A stretch of DNA of 63,740 nt, counting the filler, from Octopus bimaculoides (taxonomy: Eukaryota), in NCBI RefSeq assembly GCF_001194135.2. It is 7 parts of 7 records of this genome, joined end to end, with 100 filler letters (N's around TTAATTAATTAA, not from the genome) between each part and the next. Parts side by side here need not be neighbours in the genome. Positions count along the whole stretch, not along the records: positions 37,053 to 45,621 come from NC_068984.1; positions 45,722 to 56,963 come from NC_068982.1; 5 more parts are not named here. One strand, written 5' to 3'. Shown here in pieces: positions 38,609 through 50,694 of this stretch (positions within the stretch are counted from its first letter, which is position 1; the number at the start of each line of letters is the position of its first letter). The notes under the pieces are model-generated. The model saw nothing but the letters and a program-made list of their open reading frames with translations. It ran no database searches and was not told the origin of the DNA. The position numbers and the translations under genes were made by a program.

Positions 38609-40123
38609 GTGAGAGACCACAAGGTGGGAAAAACCAGGGGTTGTAGAGTTTTGCGAGGGTGATTCGGAGATCACGGCGCTTAAATCTTTCTTTGTTTTGG
38701 GTGATTTTTTTTTTTTACGGGAATGGATATGCTAATTCAATGTTAATTGCTTGTTCTTCTTGACCACAATCCTATATTGTTAATTATTTGTGCTCCTCCA
38801 ATGACGGATGGGATAGGCTACAACTGCTTTAGATCGCTCTATCCCCTTCCCTCAGAGGGGAGACGGCGGTGGTGGGGGGGAAGGAAATAAAAATTTTCAT
38901 TTATTTGTTTGTTTGTTGGATTTATTTATTTGTTTATTCTGCAGGTTAGTAGATATCCAGATAATGTGCGCGCGCGCGGCGAACACACGGGCGGAGTAGG
39001 AGACGAGAGTGATGGGAAGAGAAAGTACATTTATTAAAGACAGACACACACATATAAATGTATATATATACATTATATGGAATTCACAGATAATTAACGC
39101 TCATATGTATATATACATTTATGCACTTATACATACTGTCTCTCTATGCATAATTATGTATATATCTTTTTATGTTTTAGTCATTAAACTGTGGCCATGC
39201 TGGGGCACCGCCTTGAAGAGTTTTAGTCGAACGAATCGACCCTGGTACTTATATATATCTTTTACACACACATATATGTATATATACATACTTTGTCGTT
39301 CCTTAGAATGTTGGCAAAATGTTTCACATGGTATTTAAACATTCTAAGACGTATATATATACATCACATACATATACTCATATATATATATATGTATGTG
39401 TATATATATATATATATATACAATTGTTACATTTATGTGTGTGTATAAGTATACATGTATATACATAGATACACAAATGCTGTACTTCTACACATTCATA
39501 AATTTATATATATTTATATACTTCTATACACACACATATATATTATTTATCAACAAAGTTTAAAAACGGGGGAAACCCAGCAATTAGACTGCTTAACCAA
39601 ATACAAGGGAAATAAAACCATGCCAGCACATGCGCCACCGCATTACTTAAGTAACGAGACTTAAGGTAAGCGTAGAGATCTGTGGGTGCTCTTCCATCTC
39701 AGCATAGCTCTAGCCATCACAGCCATCTCGTGGGCCTCAAGTATCAATTGTCACAGTAGTAGGCACTATTTTTTTCTAGTGGAAGGATAATTGCGGAATT
39801 TCACTTGACGTCACCAGTTGCCTAGTTACTGGTTTTTGTTGTTGTTGTTGCCTAGAGTGCGGAAGATTACTTCTTAGATAGCCTAATCACTGAGAAGTCT
39901 TGTGTGATCGTGGTGATATGCAAACACGCGTACACATACATGCATATATACACACACACACACACACAAAGACATGCATATGTGTTTGCGTGTGTGTATG
40001 TGTGTGTACTGCAGTAGAAGAATTAAGGTTTTCGTATATTGTTCATAAGTACACGTCTCATTGAACGACTACGTTTTATATATATTATACATGCATGCAA
40101 ATGTATGCGTGTGAATACACATT

Positions 40124-40156
<33 letters not shown>

Positions 40157-40524
40157 TGAGAGAGAGGAGGGTAGGTGTCGCAAGCATGGTTGTGTGGTAT
40201 AGACAGGATCGCTTAGCAACCACGTGATTTAGGGTTCGAGCTCACAGCAAGGCCACTTTGGAATATACACATTCTTATCACTCTCTCACTAACCCATGAC
40301 ACTTTCTCTTTTTAATCACTATAGTTACTCCCTTTTATAACATTGTCTTCGTTAGTCTCTTCACAAACACCCTATCACAACAATAAACCCATTTTTCCCA
40401 TTACTTTTAGGTTTCTAAATACCTTGCCTAAAGTCACCACTCTCTCTCTCTCTCTCTCTCTCTTACTATTTCTCTCAACCGCGTAGCTACTTTAGTTTTG
40501 TGAGTTACCCAGCAAGTTACCTTT

Positions 40525-40895
40525 TTGGTGTTACTTACCTAAGTCTTTTGCTTCTATGTCACATAAGCCGTCAGCGACTTTTCTTCAGTTTTCAAATCTT
40601 AGCTAGGCCTCTCCTTCAGTATGGGAGACATTCTCATGTGTTTCTCCAAGAGAAACTCTTCCCCTCTTAGGTCTTGTTAGTTTTGAATATTCATTGGTGC
40701 TTCTCAAACTGGTTTTTCTAGGTAGGGTTGTTAGCCCTATACATACCCATTTTTACTTCTGGAAAGAGAAGGACCTTATTAATTTAGCTTTTCTGTCTTT
40801 TGACCTATTCAGTATGGAAGGCCCCTATGAGGAGCTAGCGCTCCACTGGCTTAACTCTGAGGGTCATTGAGGCACACAAACCACCACACTGCATC
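40525..40895 (-). mobile_element. Bipartite non-autonomous RTE-type retroposon (5' UTR-like block joined to RTE 3' end)
   Basis: Minus strand has GGGCTAACAACCCTACCTAGAAAA (RTE 5' UTR-like), followed within about 150 bp by KVADGLCDI...KRL and a TAAGTAA-type tail. Confidence 0.5.
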
Positions 40896-40960
40896 AAGGA
40901 CTGGACCTTTTAGGTACAGCCTCACTCATGGTGTTACCACAAAAAAAAGAGAAAAATGCC

Positions 40961-41332
40961 CTGACTGTGTGGTAAGAAGGTTACTTTCCAACAACATGGT
41001 TCTGAGTTCAGTCCTACTGTATGACAACTTGAGCAAGTGTCTTCTACTATAGCCTCAAGCCTACCAAGGCCTTGTGAGTGGATTTAGTAGATGGAAACTG
41101 AAAGAAACCCATCATATATGTATATATCTATGTGTCTGTGTCCCCCCCCCCCCATTGCCACTTAACAACCAGTGTTGATGTGTTTACATCCCACAACTTA
41201 GCAGTTTATCAAAAATGACTGATTGAATCAGTACTTGGCTTACAAAGAATAAGTCCTTGGGTTGTTTCTTTGACTAAAAAAAACATTTAAGGTGGTGCTC
41301 CAGCATGACCACAGTTAAATGACTGAAACAAG
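40961..41332 (+). mobile_element. SINE family A, full length
   Basis: Head, short internal microsatellite and 3' half are all present. Confidence 0.85.
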
Positions 41333-42334
41333 AATTACTAACACTGTAAAGTGAGTAGTGGACCAAGCAGAAATAATGCAGGTTTGCAAGGATTCTTTAG
41401 TCTTGCTGAGGGCAAGACAAAACTCTTAAGTGCTGGTGCCATGAAATTGCACCCAGTACATACTGTAAAGTGGTTAGTGCTAGGAAGGACATCCAACTGT
41501 AGAAACCATGCCAAAACCGAAACATTGGAACAAGACGTCCGCTATTTCATTGAATCTGTCAAATTGTCCAGTCTGTGACAGCATGGAAAGTAGATTTACA
41601 ATATTAATAATGCTCTCACACACACACACACACACACACATGCACACACATACACATACACACACACATGCACACGTATGTGCATATATGTATAAATGAT
41701 TAAGAGAAATGGTAAAGACCCCCTTTGGTCAAGAATGAGCGCAGTCAGTTTGGATGATGTGGCTGTGTAAGCATTCGACTTGTTTGGACATGCTTACGTT
41801 AAAAAACAATTTTAGAATGACTTTTTTCTGTCAAAACGCTAAAAATAAATGACCAACAAAAAAAAAAACAACTAAGATTCAACCAAATCAAAAAATAAAC
41901 CCGAATACTAAGCAAACAAAGATGAACCATCCCACTTCCATTGTGTACACACACGCATGCATACACACACACATGCACATGCACACACACACATGCACAC
42001 ACACACACATGCACACACACACACATGCACACACACATTCACATTTCTCCCCTTTTACATACACACGCTGTTTGATTTATTTTTTCTGCATACAATTTTC
42101 ATCATCCCACTACCAAGTATGACATCACCCCTTCTTTTCTTGTTCATCTATCACCCCTGCCTTTCTCATTCATAAACACAAGAGTATTATTATAGTAGAT
42201 TATCTCGGTAACCGGATGAGTCTACACATCTGTAATTTTTCATGCAATTCCACCCAGCCGTTTGACCGTGAAGACATGGAAGAATCGCCCATGTCAAATT
42301 TATTTGTATAGATATATAAGTTGGTTGTCTACTC

Positions 42335-42472
42335 CTTGACACCCACATAAATTGCATATCTGGTTTGGACCACCAGGAGCTGCAGTTAAGTTCTGATCTT
42401 TACGGATCTTAAATGTCTTTTAAGGCCTCCATTAGATTTGCAGACCTTATTGTATACATGGCATTGACAGGT
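42335..42472 (-). pseudogene. Decayed C2H2-zinc-finger-like coding relic
   Basis: Minus frame CQCHVYNKVCKSNGGLKRHLRS fits C-x2-C-x12-H with the second Cys mutated; a second ICNLCG follows in another frame. Confidence 0.45.
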
Positions 42473-42540
42473 GTGAATAGATATTAAATCTATCTATCTG
42501 TCTATCTATCTATCTATCTATCTATATATATATATATATA

Positions 42541-42750
42541 TGGGAGAATATACAAAAAATAACAACAGACGAGGACAGGTGGTGTAAATAACAAAAGTAT
42601 ATATTAGTATGACGCTCGGGAATACGGAAAGTCTTTGACGTTTCGAGCTACGCTCTTCAACAGAAAGAATACGGAGACAAGGAGAAAAACACGGAGAAAA
42701 AAAATTGAATAGTGTTCAGTCAACGGTCAATCATAATAATGGCCGATCAT
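42541..42750 (-). mobile_element. Penelope-like terminal repeat fragment
   Basis: Contains CTGTTGAAGAGCGTAGCTCGAAACGTC on the minus strand; a relative lies at 25395-25570. Confidence 0.6.
42632..42668 (-). ncRNA. Minimal type-I hammerhead ribozyme-like motif (variant core)
   Basis: UCUUU-CUGUUGA-A-GAGC-GUA-GCUC-GAAA-C-GUC^-AAAGA: 5-bp stem I, 4-bp stem II, GAAA, a GUC cleavage triplet and a palindromic ACGU in place of helix III. A6 is U. Confidence 0.55.
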
Positions 42751-42771
42751 ATATATATATATATATATATA

Positions 42772-42996
42772 ATTCATTTAAAATACAGAGATGCTTATAA
42801 TAGGACATCTAACCCGCCAGAAAGAGCACACAAAAACTCTATACCACAATTAGGGATAATTTCGAAAGGGAATGAAAAATTGTTTTTATTTTTCATTCCC
42901 TTTTGAAATTATCCCTAATTGTGGTATAGAGTTTTTGGCTGCTCTTTCTAGCAGGTTAGATGTCCTATTATAAGCATCTCTGTATTTTAAATGAAT
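42772..42996. repeat. Long fold-back: 109-bp arms, 7-nt spacer
   Basis: 42772-42880 is the reverse complement of 42888-42996 with only a few mismatches; a single-arm relative lies at about 31600-31700. Confidence 0.95.
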
Positions 42997-43135
42997 AATA
43001 TATAGTCTATTTGACTAATCTTTTTCTCCTCACTAGACCACTGGTAGTAAATAAAATTTCTAAAATTTTTTTTGCTACCCTGTGATTTGTAGAGAGAGAG
43101 AGAGAGAGAGAGATACATACATACATACCCATAAT

Positions 43136-43177
<42 letters not shown>

Positions 43178-43417
43178 TTTCAATTGGTTTGTCTGGGCTG
43201 ACACACTGGAAGGCTGTGCCAAGCTCCTGTCTGATTTGGCATGGTTTTCTATGACTGGATACCTTTTGTAACGCCAACCACTCTGAGGGTGTAATGGGTG
43301 CTTTTATATGCCACCAGCATGGGTGCCACTTGTGTGACACCAGTATCTGCCACAACTGCAACATAATTATATCACTTAACCGTATACATAAATATATACG
43401 CACACGCACATACATGA

Positions 43418-43449
<32 letters not shown>

Positions 43450-43988
43450 TTACATGCATAATATATTTACACACATATATATATACATATATATTTCTTT
43501 CTTTCTAAATTTCTTTTTCTTCTTTCAGTTACTTCACTGGATTTTGGCCATGCTTGGGCATTGCCTTGAAGGGTTTGTCCAATTGGATCTAGGGTGAGGA
43601 AACCCCTGCCCACAGGTGCAATTGTGCCTGCGAGCCCACTTTATTGCACCCACAGGCTGGTATACTCGTATGTACAATATATAGTTCATTTTTCAATTAT
43701 AAAATTTATACAAGGCTTGCATGCCTATTTGTGACATAGGTCTTGTTTCCACTATGACCTAAAATGGTTAGACTCGAACAGAAATTGTCTGGCAATTGTC
43801 ATTTGGCTGGAAATTTTGTTACTATAAAACACATATTGCTAGATTTGTACCACCCCTTTGAGACCCAACTACACTCTAGCTGAAAAATATAGTATCAATC
43901 ATAAGTATTATAAACATCCTAAATTCAGTGGCAGTGTCAATGATGTTATGCGTTAATTTAATGTGTTAAATTTACCTTTATTAATGTA

Positions 43989-44060
43989 TTGGGTTGGCAA
44001 CTAAGTTCCCGCCATTTTTTTTAAATTTCAGAATTTATTGCGTTTTTAAATTTTGGAATC
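43989..44060 (+). mobile_element. Mariner-type left TIR (rest truncated or in the gap)
   Basis: TA followed by TTGGGTTGGCAACTAAGT, resembling mellifera-subfamily mariner TIRs (recalled, not searched). Confidence 0.55.
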
Positions 44061-45049
44061 TATTTTTTTCAAGAATTCTATTTTTGAATCATTATGGAAT
44101 CTATTTTGTTTTTTTTTCTAGTTAATTTTAGTTAAATTTTGTTTATTTTCAGATCANNNNNNNNNNNNNNNNNNNNNNNNNNNNNNNNNNNNNNNNNNNN
44201 NNNNNNNNNNNNNNNNNNNNNNNNNNNNNNNNNNNNNNNNNNNNNNNNNNNNNNNNNNNNNNNNNNNNNNNNNNNNNNNNNNNNNNNNNNNNNNNNNNNN
44301 NNNNNNNNNNNNNNNNNNNNNNNNNNNNNNNNNNNNNNNNNNNNNNNNNNNNNNNNNNNNNNNNNNNNNNNNNNNNNNNNNNNNNNNNNNNNNNNNNNNN
44401 NNNNNNNNNNNNNNNNNNNNNNNNNNNNNNNNNNNNNNNNNNNNNNNNNNNNNNNNNNNNNNNNNNNNNNNNNNNNNNNNNNNNNNNNNNNNNNNNNNNN
44501 NNNNNNNNNNNNNNNNNNNNNNNNNNNNNNAGTAGGGAAGCAGACAGGACCTGATATCTTCAAGGTAACAGCCATATTCAGTGTGTAGAAAAGGAGTAAG
44601 CAGGAATTCCACATGGTGTACCCAGCGTAAAATATTAGTTTCAAATTTTGGCACAAAGCCAGCAATTTCAGGGGAGGGGGTTAAGTCGATTAGATTGACC
44701 CAAGTGTTCAACTGGTACTTATTTTATTGACCCTGGAAAGATGAAAGGCAAAGTCAACCTTGGTGGAATTTGAACTCAGATGCCCCCTTCCTAATGCCAG
44801 TCACTTTAAAGAGTGTGCTGTGAGCTTTTCACATGCTACCACTATGGATGCTTTTATGTGGAAGCAGCACAAGTACATTTTATGTGGCACCAGCACTAGT
44901 GCTCCTCATGTGGCACTGGCACAAGTGGTGTGTACATGACACCAGCATGAGTGCATTTTACATGGCACTGGCACCTGTAAGACAAAGACCTCTCAGCTGG
45001 GAAAGGGAGTGGGGCAAGGGCCAAAAGAACATGGCCGTAAGTTTGGATG

Positions 45050-45495
45050 GCTGTGGTTTTACTTAGCTTGTCATGTCTTCTCAAGTACAGCAAATCACCA
45101 GAAGTCTCTGTCCCTTGTCATCACCTCATTGAAGACCAGCATCTGAAGATCTTTTCTCCCCACGTTTTTCTGGGTCTACTCCTTCCACGGGTTCCCTCCA
45201 CAATTAGAGATCAGCACTTTTTTACACAACTGTCCTCATCCATACACATCACATGACCATACCAGCATAGTCTTCTCTCTTGCATACATCTGATACCTCA
45301 CATACCCAATTTTCCTCTCAAATCACTTACATTCTGTTGTATGTCACACTGACATTATCCATCCAGTGGCACATGGTAGTTTCATTTCTTTCAAGCCTTC
45401 GCATGTTGTCTGTGGTCATAGTCCATGTTCCACTGCCATATAACATAGCTGTACATACACAGGCATCATACAATCTGCCTTTCACTCAGAAGGAA
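45050..45495 (-). mobile_element. RTE-clade LINE, decayed RT C-terminal fragment
   Basis: VKGRLYDACVCTAMLYGSGTWTMTTDNMRRLERNE, then frameshifted RRLCWYGHVMCMDEDSCVKKC...VEGTRGRSRPRKTW. Confidence 0.9.
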
Positions 45496-46702
45496 ACATA
45501 TATAATATATATATCCAAGAAAGTTAGGGGTTGTGAATCCAACCCGCTAAGGGATAATATCTATCCAATATACTGCTGGAAGAATACCCAATTATTATTA
45601 CACTAGTGTTTTTTCATTGCTNNNNNNNNNNNNNNNNNNNNNNNNNNNNNNNNNNNNNNNNNNNNTTAATTAATTAANNNNNNNNNNNNNNNNNNNNNNN
45701 NNNNNNNNNNNNNNNNNNNNNATATATATATATATATATATATAGGAGAATACTGTAGTTAACTTACGAAGTATTTCTATTTAGTGCGATACACAGATGG
45801 TTATTTTAATGTAATATCTCTTTTGTTGCACATAATGATTTATATTCAGCTGGCCGACTAATTGTAACATCAGTGATTTTTCAGCCACTATTTTCCTTTA
45901 TCAATGAATAGCAACGAATTTGATTTTAGCATGCATTTGGTAGTGGATCCATGCTACTAGTAAAGCTTAAAGACACAGAAGTTAATATCTAGCCTTCACA
46001 CCGCCATTGCTGGACGAATTTATTCTGCTACTGATACATTTATGTCTTGAAGCATAGTAAGTTCGTCTCAGGACGAATACCGCAGTTAATTTGCCTTTCA
46101 CCCATGTATTTGCATTAAATATGATACATAGAGAGATATTTCAATCTAATACTGGTTCCTTTGCACATACTGGATATCTATATCTATTCTTATCCTTTAC
46201 TAGTTTGAGGCTTTTCAATACGGTCATGCTGGGGCACCGCTCTGGAGGGTCTAGTAGAAAAAATTGCTTATTTTTTATACCTGGTACTTATTCTATCGAT
46301 CTCTTTTGCCGAACTGTTAGCTTACAGGAGTGTAAACAAACTAACACCTGTTGTCAAGAGGTTGTGGTGGATATATATAGAGGCCTGTCTGTGTGGTAAG
46401 AAGCTTGCTTTCCAGCCACATGGTTCGAGTTGACTCCCACTACGCGGAACTGTGGGCAAGTATCTTCTTCTATAGCTACGACCGGATTACTCATCGTTTG
46501 TAAACTGGGAACCGTATTGATCAATATAGCCTTTATTTAAGATGGTAGTGTTGATTCGTGAGAATTTAGGCTGCTATTTTCAGCACGTTTGGCGATTACG
46601 TGTAAATTCCCAATTGAACATAACTGGCAATGGACAGTTCTTTCTTACTTTCTTTCTTTCTTTCTTTCTTTCATCTCCTCTGTCTGTCTCTCTCTCCCCT
46701 CC

Positions 46703-46741
<39 letters not shown>

Positions 46742-47849
46742 NNNNNNNNNNNNNNNNNNNNNNNNNNNNNNNNNNNNNNNNNNNNNNNNNNNNNNNNNNN
46801 NNNNNNNNNNNNNNNNNNNNNNNNNNNNNNNNNNNNNNNNNNNNNNNNNNNNNNNNNNNNNNNNNNNNNNNNNNNNNNNNNNNNNNNNNNNNNNNNNNNN
46901 NNNNNNNNNNNNNNNNNNNNNNNNNNNNNNNNNNNNNNNNNNNNNNNNNNNNNNNNNNNNNNNNNNNNNNNNNNNNNNNNNNNNNNNNNNNNNNNATATA
47001 TATACTGTCCCTACCTTCAGCTTTCATATTTTCAGAGAAGATAGCTGAACTAACTTTATTTCATTACTTCTGCAAAATGGACGGACACCTTTAGAGAGAG
47101 TTTTGAATTTTGACTTAATTGAAGAGACGACGCATGATCAACACTATTATTAGATTTCAGTAATTCCGTTAGCCAGCATTCTGAATTCAAATCTCGACAG
47201 AATCGACAGCTTTGCTTTTCATCTATCTGGAATTAAATCGGCCATATCCTCTCAAAAAAATGTGGTTTCGATTCGTACATGCAACTATTTGAAAAGGCGT
47301 AATTCTTACACAATGTCATTTATTCTGTACATAAGTTTGTGACTTTTTTCCCCCGTATATGAAATCAACAATATGTGAAGAGTATCGCGTCAAATGTCGA
47401 CCATTATATGGTGCCTCTCGGTTATATGTTGCCTTGTCCAAATGCTAGAAATCATAAATAGATTATCAACAGGGCACAAGTGTGGCTGAGTGGTTAAGAA
47501 GTTCGCTTTGCAGCCATGTAATTTCGAGTTCAGTCTCACTGCGTGACATCTTGGGAACGAGTTCTATAATCTAGCCCCGGACTGACCAATGTCTTGACTT
47601 TTGCGTGAACTTGGTAGACGGAAACAGTCTGGCAGCCTGTATATATATATCTGTCTATCTCTGCTGAATGGGATTTGGGGTGAGCTATCTCGCCTGTCCA
47701 TGACCTTCAGATGTCCTAACACCCGGTGCTTTGAGGGAATATTCTCCACCACGCCATATCGCCTACTGAGAAATACGCAAAGCATGTACGTTAATAGTAT
47801 GTGTGGTTGATAACGTTTATATATATATAAGGCGCAGCAATGGCTATCA

Positions 47850-48238
47850 GCGCAGGAGTGGCTGTGTGATAATTAGCTTGCTTACCAACCACATGGTTCC
47901 GGGTTCAGTCCTACTGCGTGGCACCTTGGGCAAGTGTCTTCTACTATAACCTCGGGCCGACCAAAGCCTTGAGAGTGGATTTGGTAGACAAAAACTGAAA
48001 GAAGCTCGTCGTATATGTGTGTGTGTGTGTCTGTGCGTGTGCGTATGTGTATGTGTGTTTGCCCACCCCCCATCGCTTGACAACCGATACTGATGTGTTT
48101 ACGTCCCCGTAACATAGCGGTTACAAAAGAGACCGATAGAATAAGTGCTAGGCTTACAAAGAATATAAGACCTGGGGTCAATTTGTTCGACTGAAAGCGA
48201 TGCTCCAGCATGACCGCAGTCAAAAAGAATAAAAGAAT
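47850..48238 (+). mobile_element. SINE family A, full length, well preserved
   Basis: Close to the in-window consensus in both halves; an extra 3' half follows at about 48355-48485. Confidence 0.9.
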
Positions 48239-49954
48239 ATATATATATTCACACACACACACACACACATACATATATATTAGATACATACATAAATGCA
48301 CGCAAGTCTGTATGTGATATATATATGTATATGTGTATGTGCCTTTGTGTTTGTTTATCACAACCGCCTGACAACCGGTGTTGTTTTGTTTATGTCCCCG
48401 TAACTTAGCAGTTCAGCAAAAGATAATCGATAGCACAAGTACCAAACTTAAAAATAGGAACTGGGGTCGATTTTTGTCAACTAAAACCGGAAGGGGGAAA
48501 AGCAAAGTCAGCCTCAGTGTAATTTGAATTCAGAACGTAAAACATGGTGAGGAATGCTGCTAAGCATTTTTGGTCCGACGCACTAACGCTTCTGTCATTC
48601 AGTGCCTCTCGAGTAACAGAAGCAATAGAAAAAAAAGCAGTTTAAGATAAAGAAGAGCAGCTGAAAAAAATCCAAAGCAGTCACAAGACAAAAAAAATAT
48701 TATAATACAATACAATAAAAACGACAAAATTCCAAAACATATTTTATATTCCTTCTTTTCTTATTCCAGTTCTCTTTGTCATTTCCTGTTCTTCTGAGAC
48801 ACATGCAGAATAATAGACAAGAGTAGAATATTATAAAGAAATAAATAAAATACAAAAACGCTAAGAATTCGTTAGTGGTTCACTAAATAAATGTGTTCTG
48901 TGTAACATACGGACAGGAGCTCTGGGAATTGATTCTTCTCCAAAATCCTTTCACTCCACTTGTTAAACGATGAATCGGAACATTTCTTGAGTGAGATATG
49001 TCACTTGTAATTTTCGTCAATCACTATAAGGGAGTAAAAAGGGATCTATTTTAAAACGGGGGCCACAGTTTTCATTAATGTTTTACGTAGTGTTTTTGGT
49101 ACCGAAAGACTTTCAAACTTCGTATACTTATCTATTTTGTGTTATAGAACAGAAAAATATTTTTGTATTCGAATTTATTTCATGTAAAAAATTGTCTTAT
49201 TTCGATAATTTCAACCAATCACTGACAAGTATTCAGTTGTTTACATTTACTCCTTTGGCTGATTAAGCGGTGTAAAGCGTATTTAATCTCCATAACTTCT
49301 GACAGTGTTCGTTTTCCTTCGTTAAATTTGCTTTTTTTCATTTTAAATTTGCTTTTTTCATTTTNNNNNNNNNNNNNNNNNNNNNNNNNNNNNNNNNNNN
49401 NNNNNNNNNNNNNNNNNNNNNNNNNNNNNNNNNNNNNNNNNNNNNNNNNNNNNNNNNNNNNNNNNNNNNNNNNNNNNNNNNNNNNNNNNNNNNNNNNNNN
49501 NNNNNNNNNNNNNNNNNNNNNNNNNNNNNNNNNNNNNNNNNNNNNNNNNNNNNNNNNNNNNNNNNNNNNNNNNNNNNNNNNNNNNNNNNNNNNNNNNNNN
49601 NNNNNNNNNNNNNNNNNNNNNNNNNNNNNNNNNNNNNNNNNNNNNNNNNNNNNNNNNNNNNNNNNNNNNNNNNNNNNNNNNNNNNNNNNNNNNNNNNNNN
49701 NNNNNNNNNNNNNNNNNNNNNNNNNNNNNNNNNNNNNNNNNNNNNNNNNNNNNNNNNNNNNNNNNNNNNNNNNNNNNNNNNNNNNNNNNNNNNNNNNNNN
49801 NNNNNNNNNNNNNNNNNNNNNNNNNNNNNNNNNNNNNNNNNNNNNNNNNNNNNNNNNNNNNNNNNNNNNNNNNNNNNNNNNNAAAAGGGATCTATTTTAA
49901 AACGGGGGCCACAGTTTTCATTAATGTTTTACGTAGTGTTTTTGGTACCGAAAG

Positions 49955-50694
49955 ACTTTCAAACTTCGGATATTGGTAGAATGTGTCATATAGAACATCT
50001 TTTACTCTTAGCGTTGTTGAGAAAAGTTTCTATTTAACAAAGTTATTTCGTGTTAAAGTTGTCGGATTTCGGTAATTTCAACCAATCAATGACGTGTATT
50101 CAGCTGAATAAAATTACTGCTGTTGTTTGTCAACAACTATCGGCGGTGTATATTTCGTTTGTCACTTATCTATGACATTATGACATCGTTCGTGCGTTTG
50201 TACTGGTTTTAGCTTTAGGTTGTTAGGGTTAGGGTTTTAGAGTTAGGGTTACGGAAAAAAGTGAAAAATGAAGAAATGTTTGGCAATTTTCCGGAATCTC
50301 CGTATCCGAAAAGCTGGATTGTTGGAAAAAAAAAAAAAAAAACAATTTGCGAGAAAATGGGGTGGAGAGGAAGTTTTTCCGAAAATAGTAGCTGAAAAAC
50401 AGGAAGAAAAAACCCCCTTAAAAGCAGTAGAAATGCACGAACGATTATGGTGGTGTCGTGAAGTAAACGTGCTTTAAATATACTCGTTTATTCATACGAA
50501 CGTAACTGAGATGAAATATGTCATAAATAACAGTGACAAACGAAATATACGCCGCCGGAAGATGTTGTTGACAAACAGCAGTAACTTTATTCAGCTCAAT
50601 AGACGTCATTGATTGGTTGAAATTACCAAAATACGACAACTTTAACACGAAATAACTTCATGACACATTCTACCAATATCCGAAGTTTTAAAGT
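49955..50694. mobile_element. MITE with long (about 170-230 bp) imperfect TIRs and internal TTAGGG-like repeats
   Basis: AAACTTCGGATATTGGTAGAATGTGTCAT / ATGACACATTCTACCAATATCCGAAGTTT; the arms continue to about 50186 and 50518. GTTAGGGTTAGGGTTTTAGAGTTAGGGTT lies at 50222-50250. Confidence 0.85.

Noticed and set aside
39806-39813. CRE palindrome TGACGTCA and nearby donor AAG|GTAAGC (about 39665)
   Set aside because: Short motifs with all upstream frames closed; no independent support.
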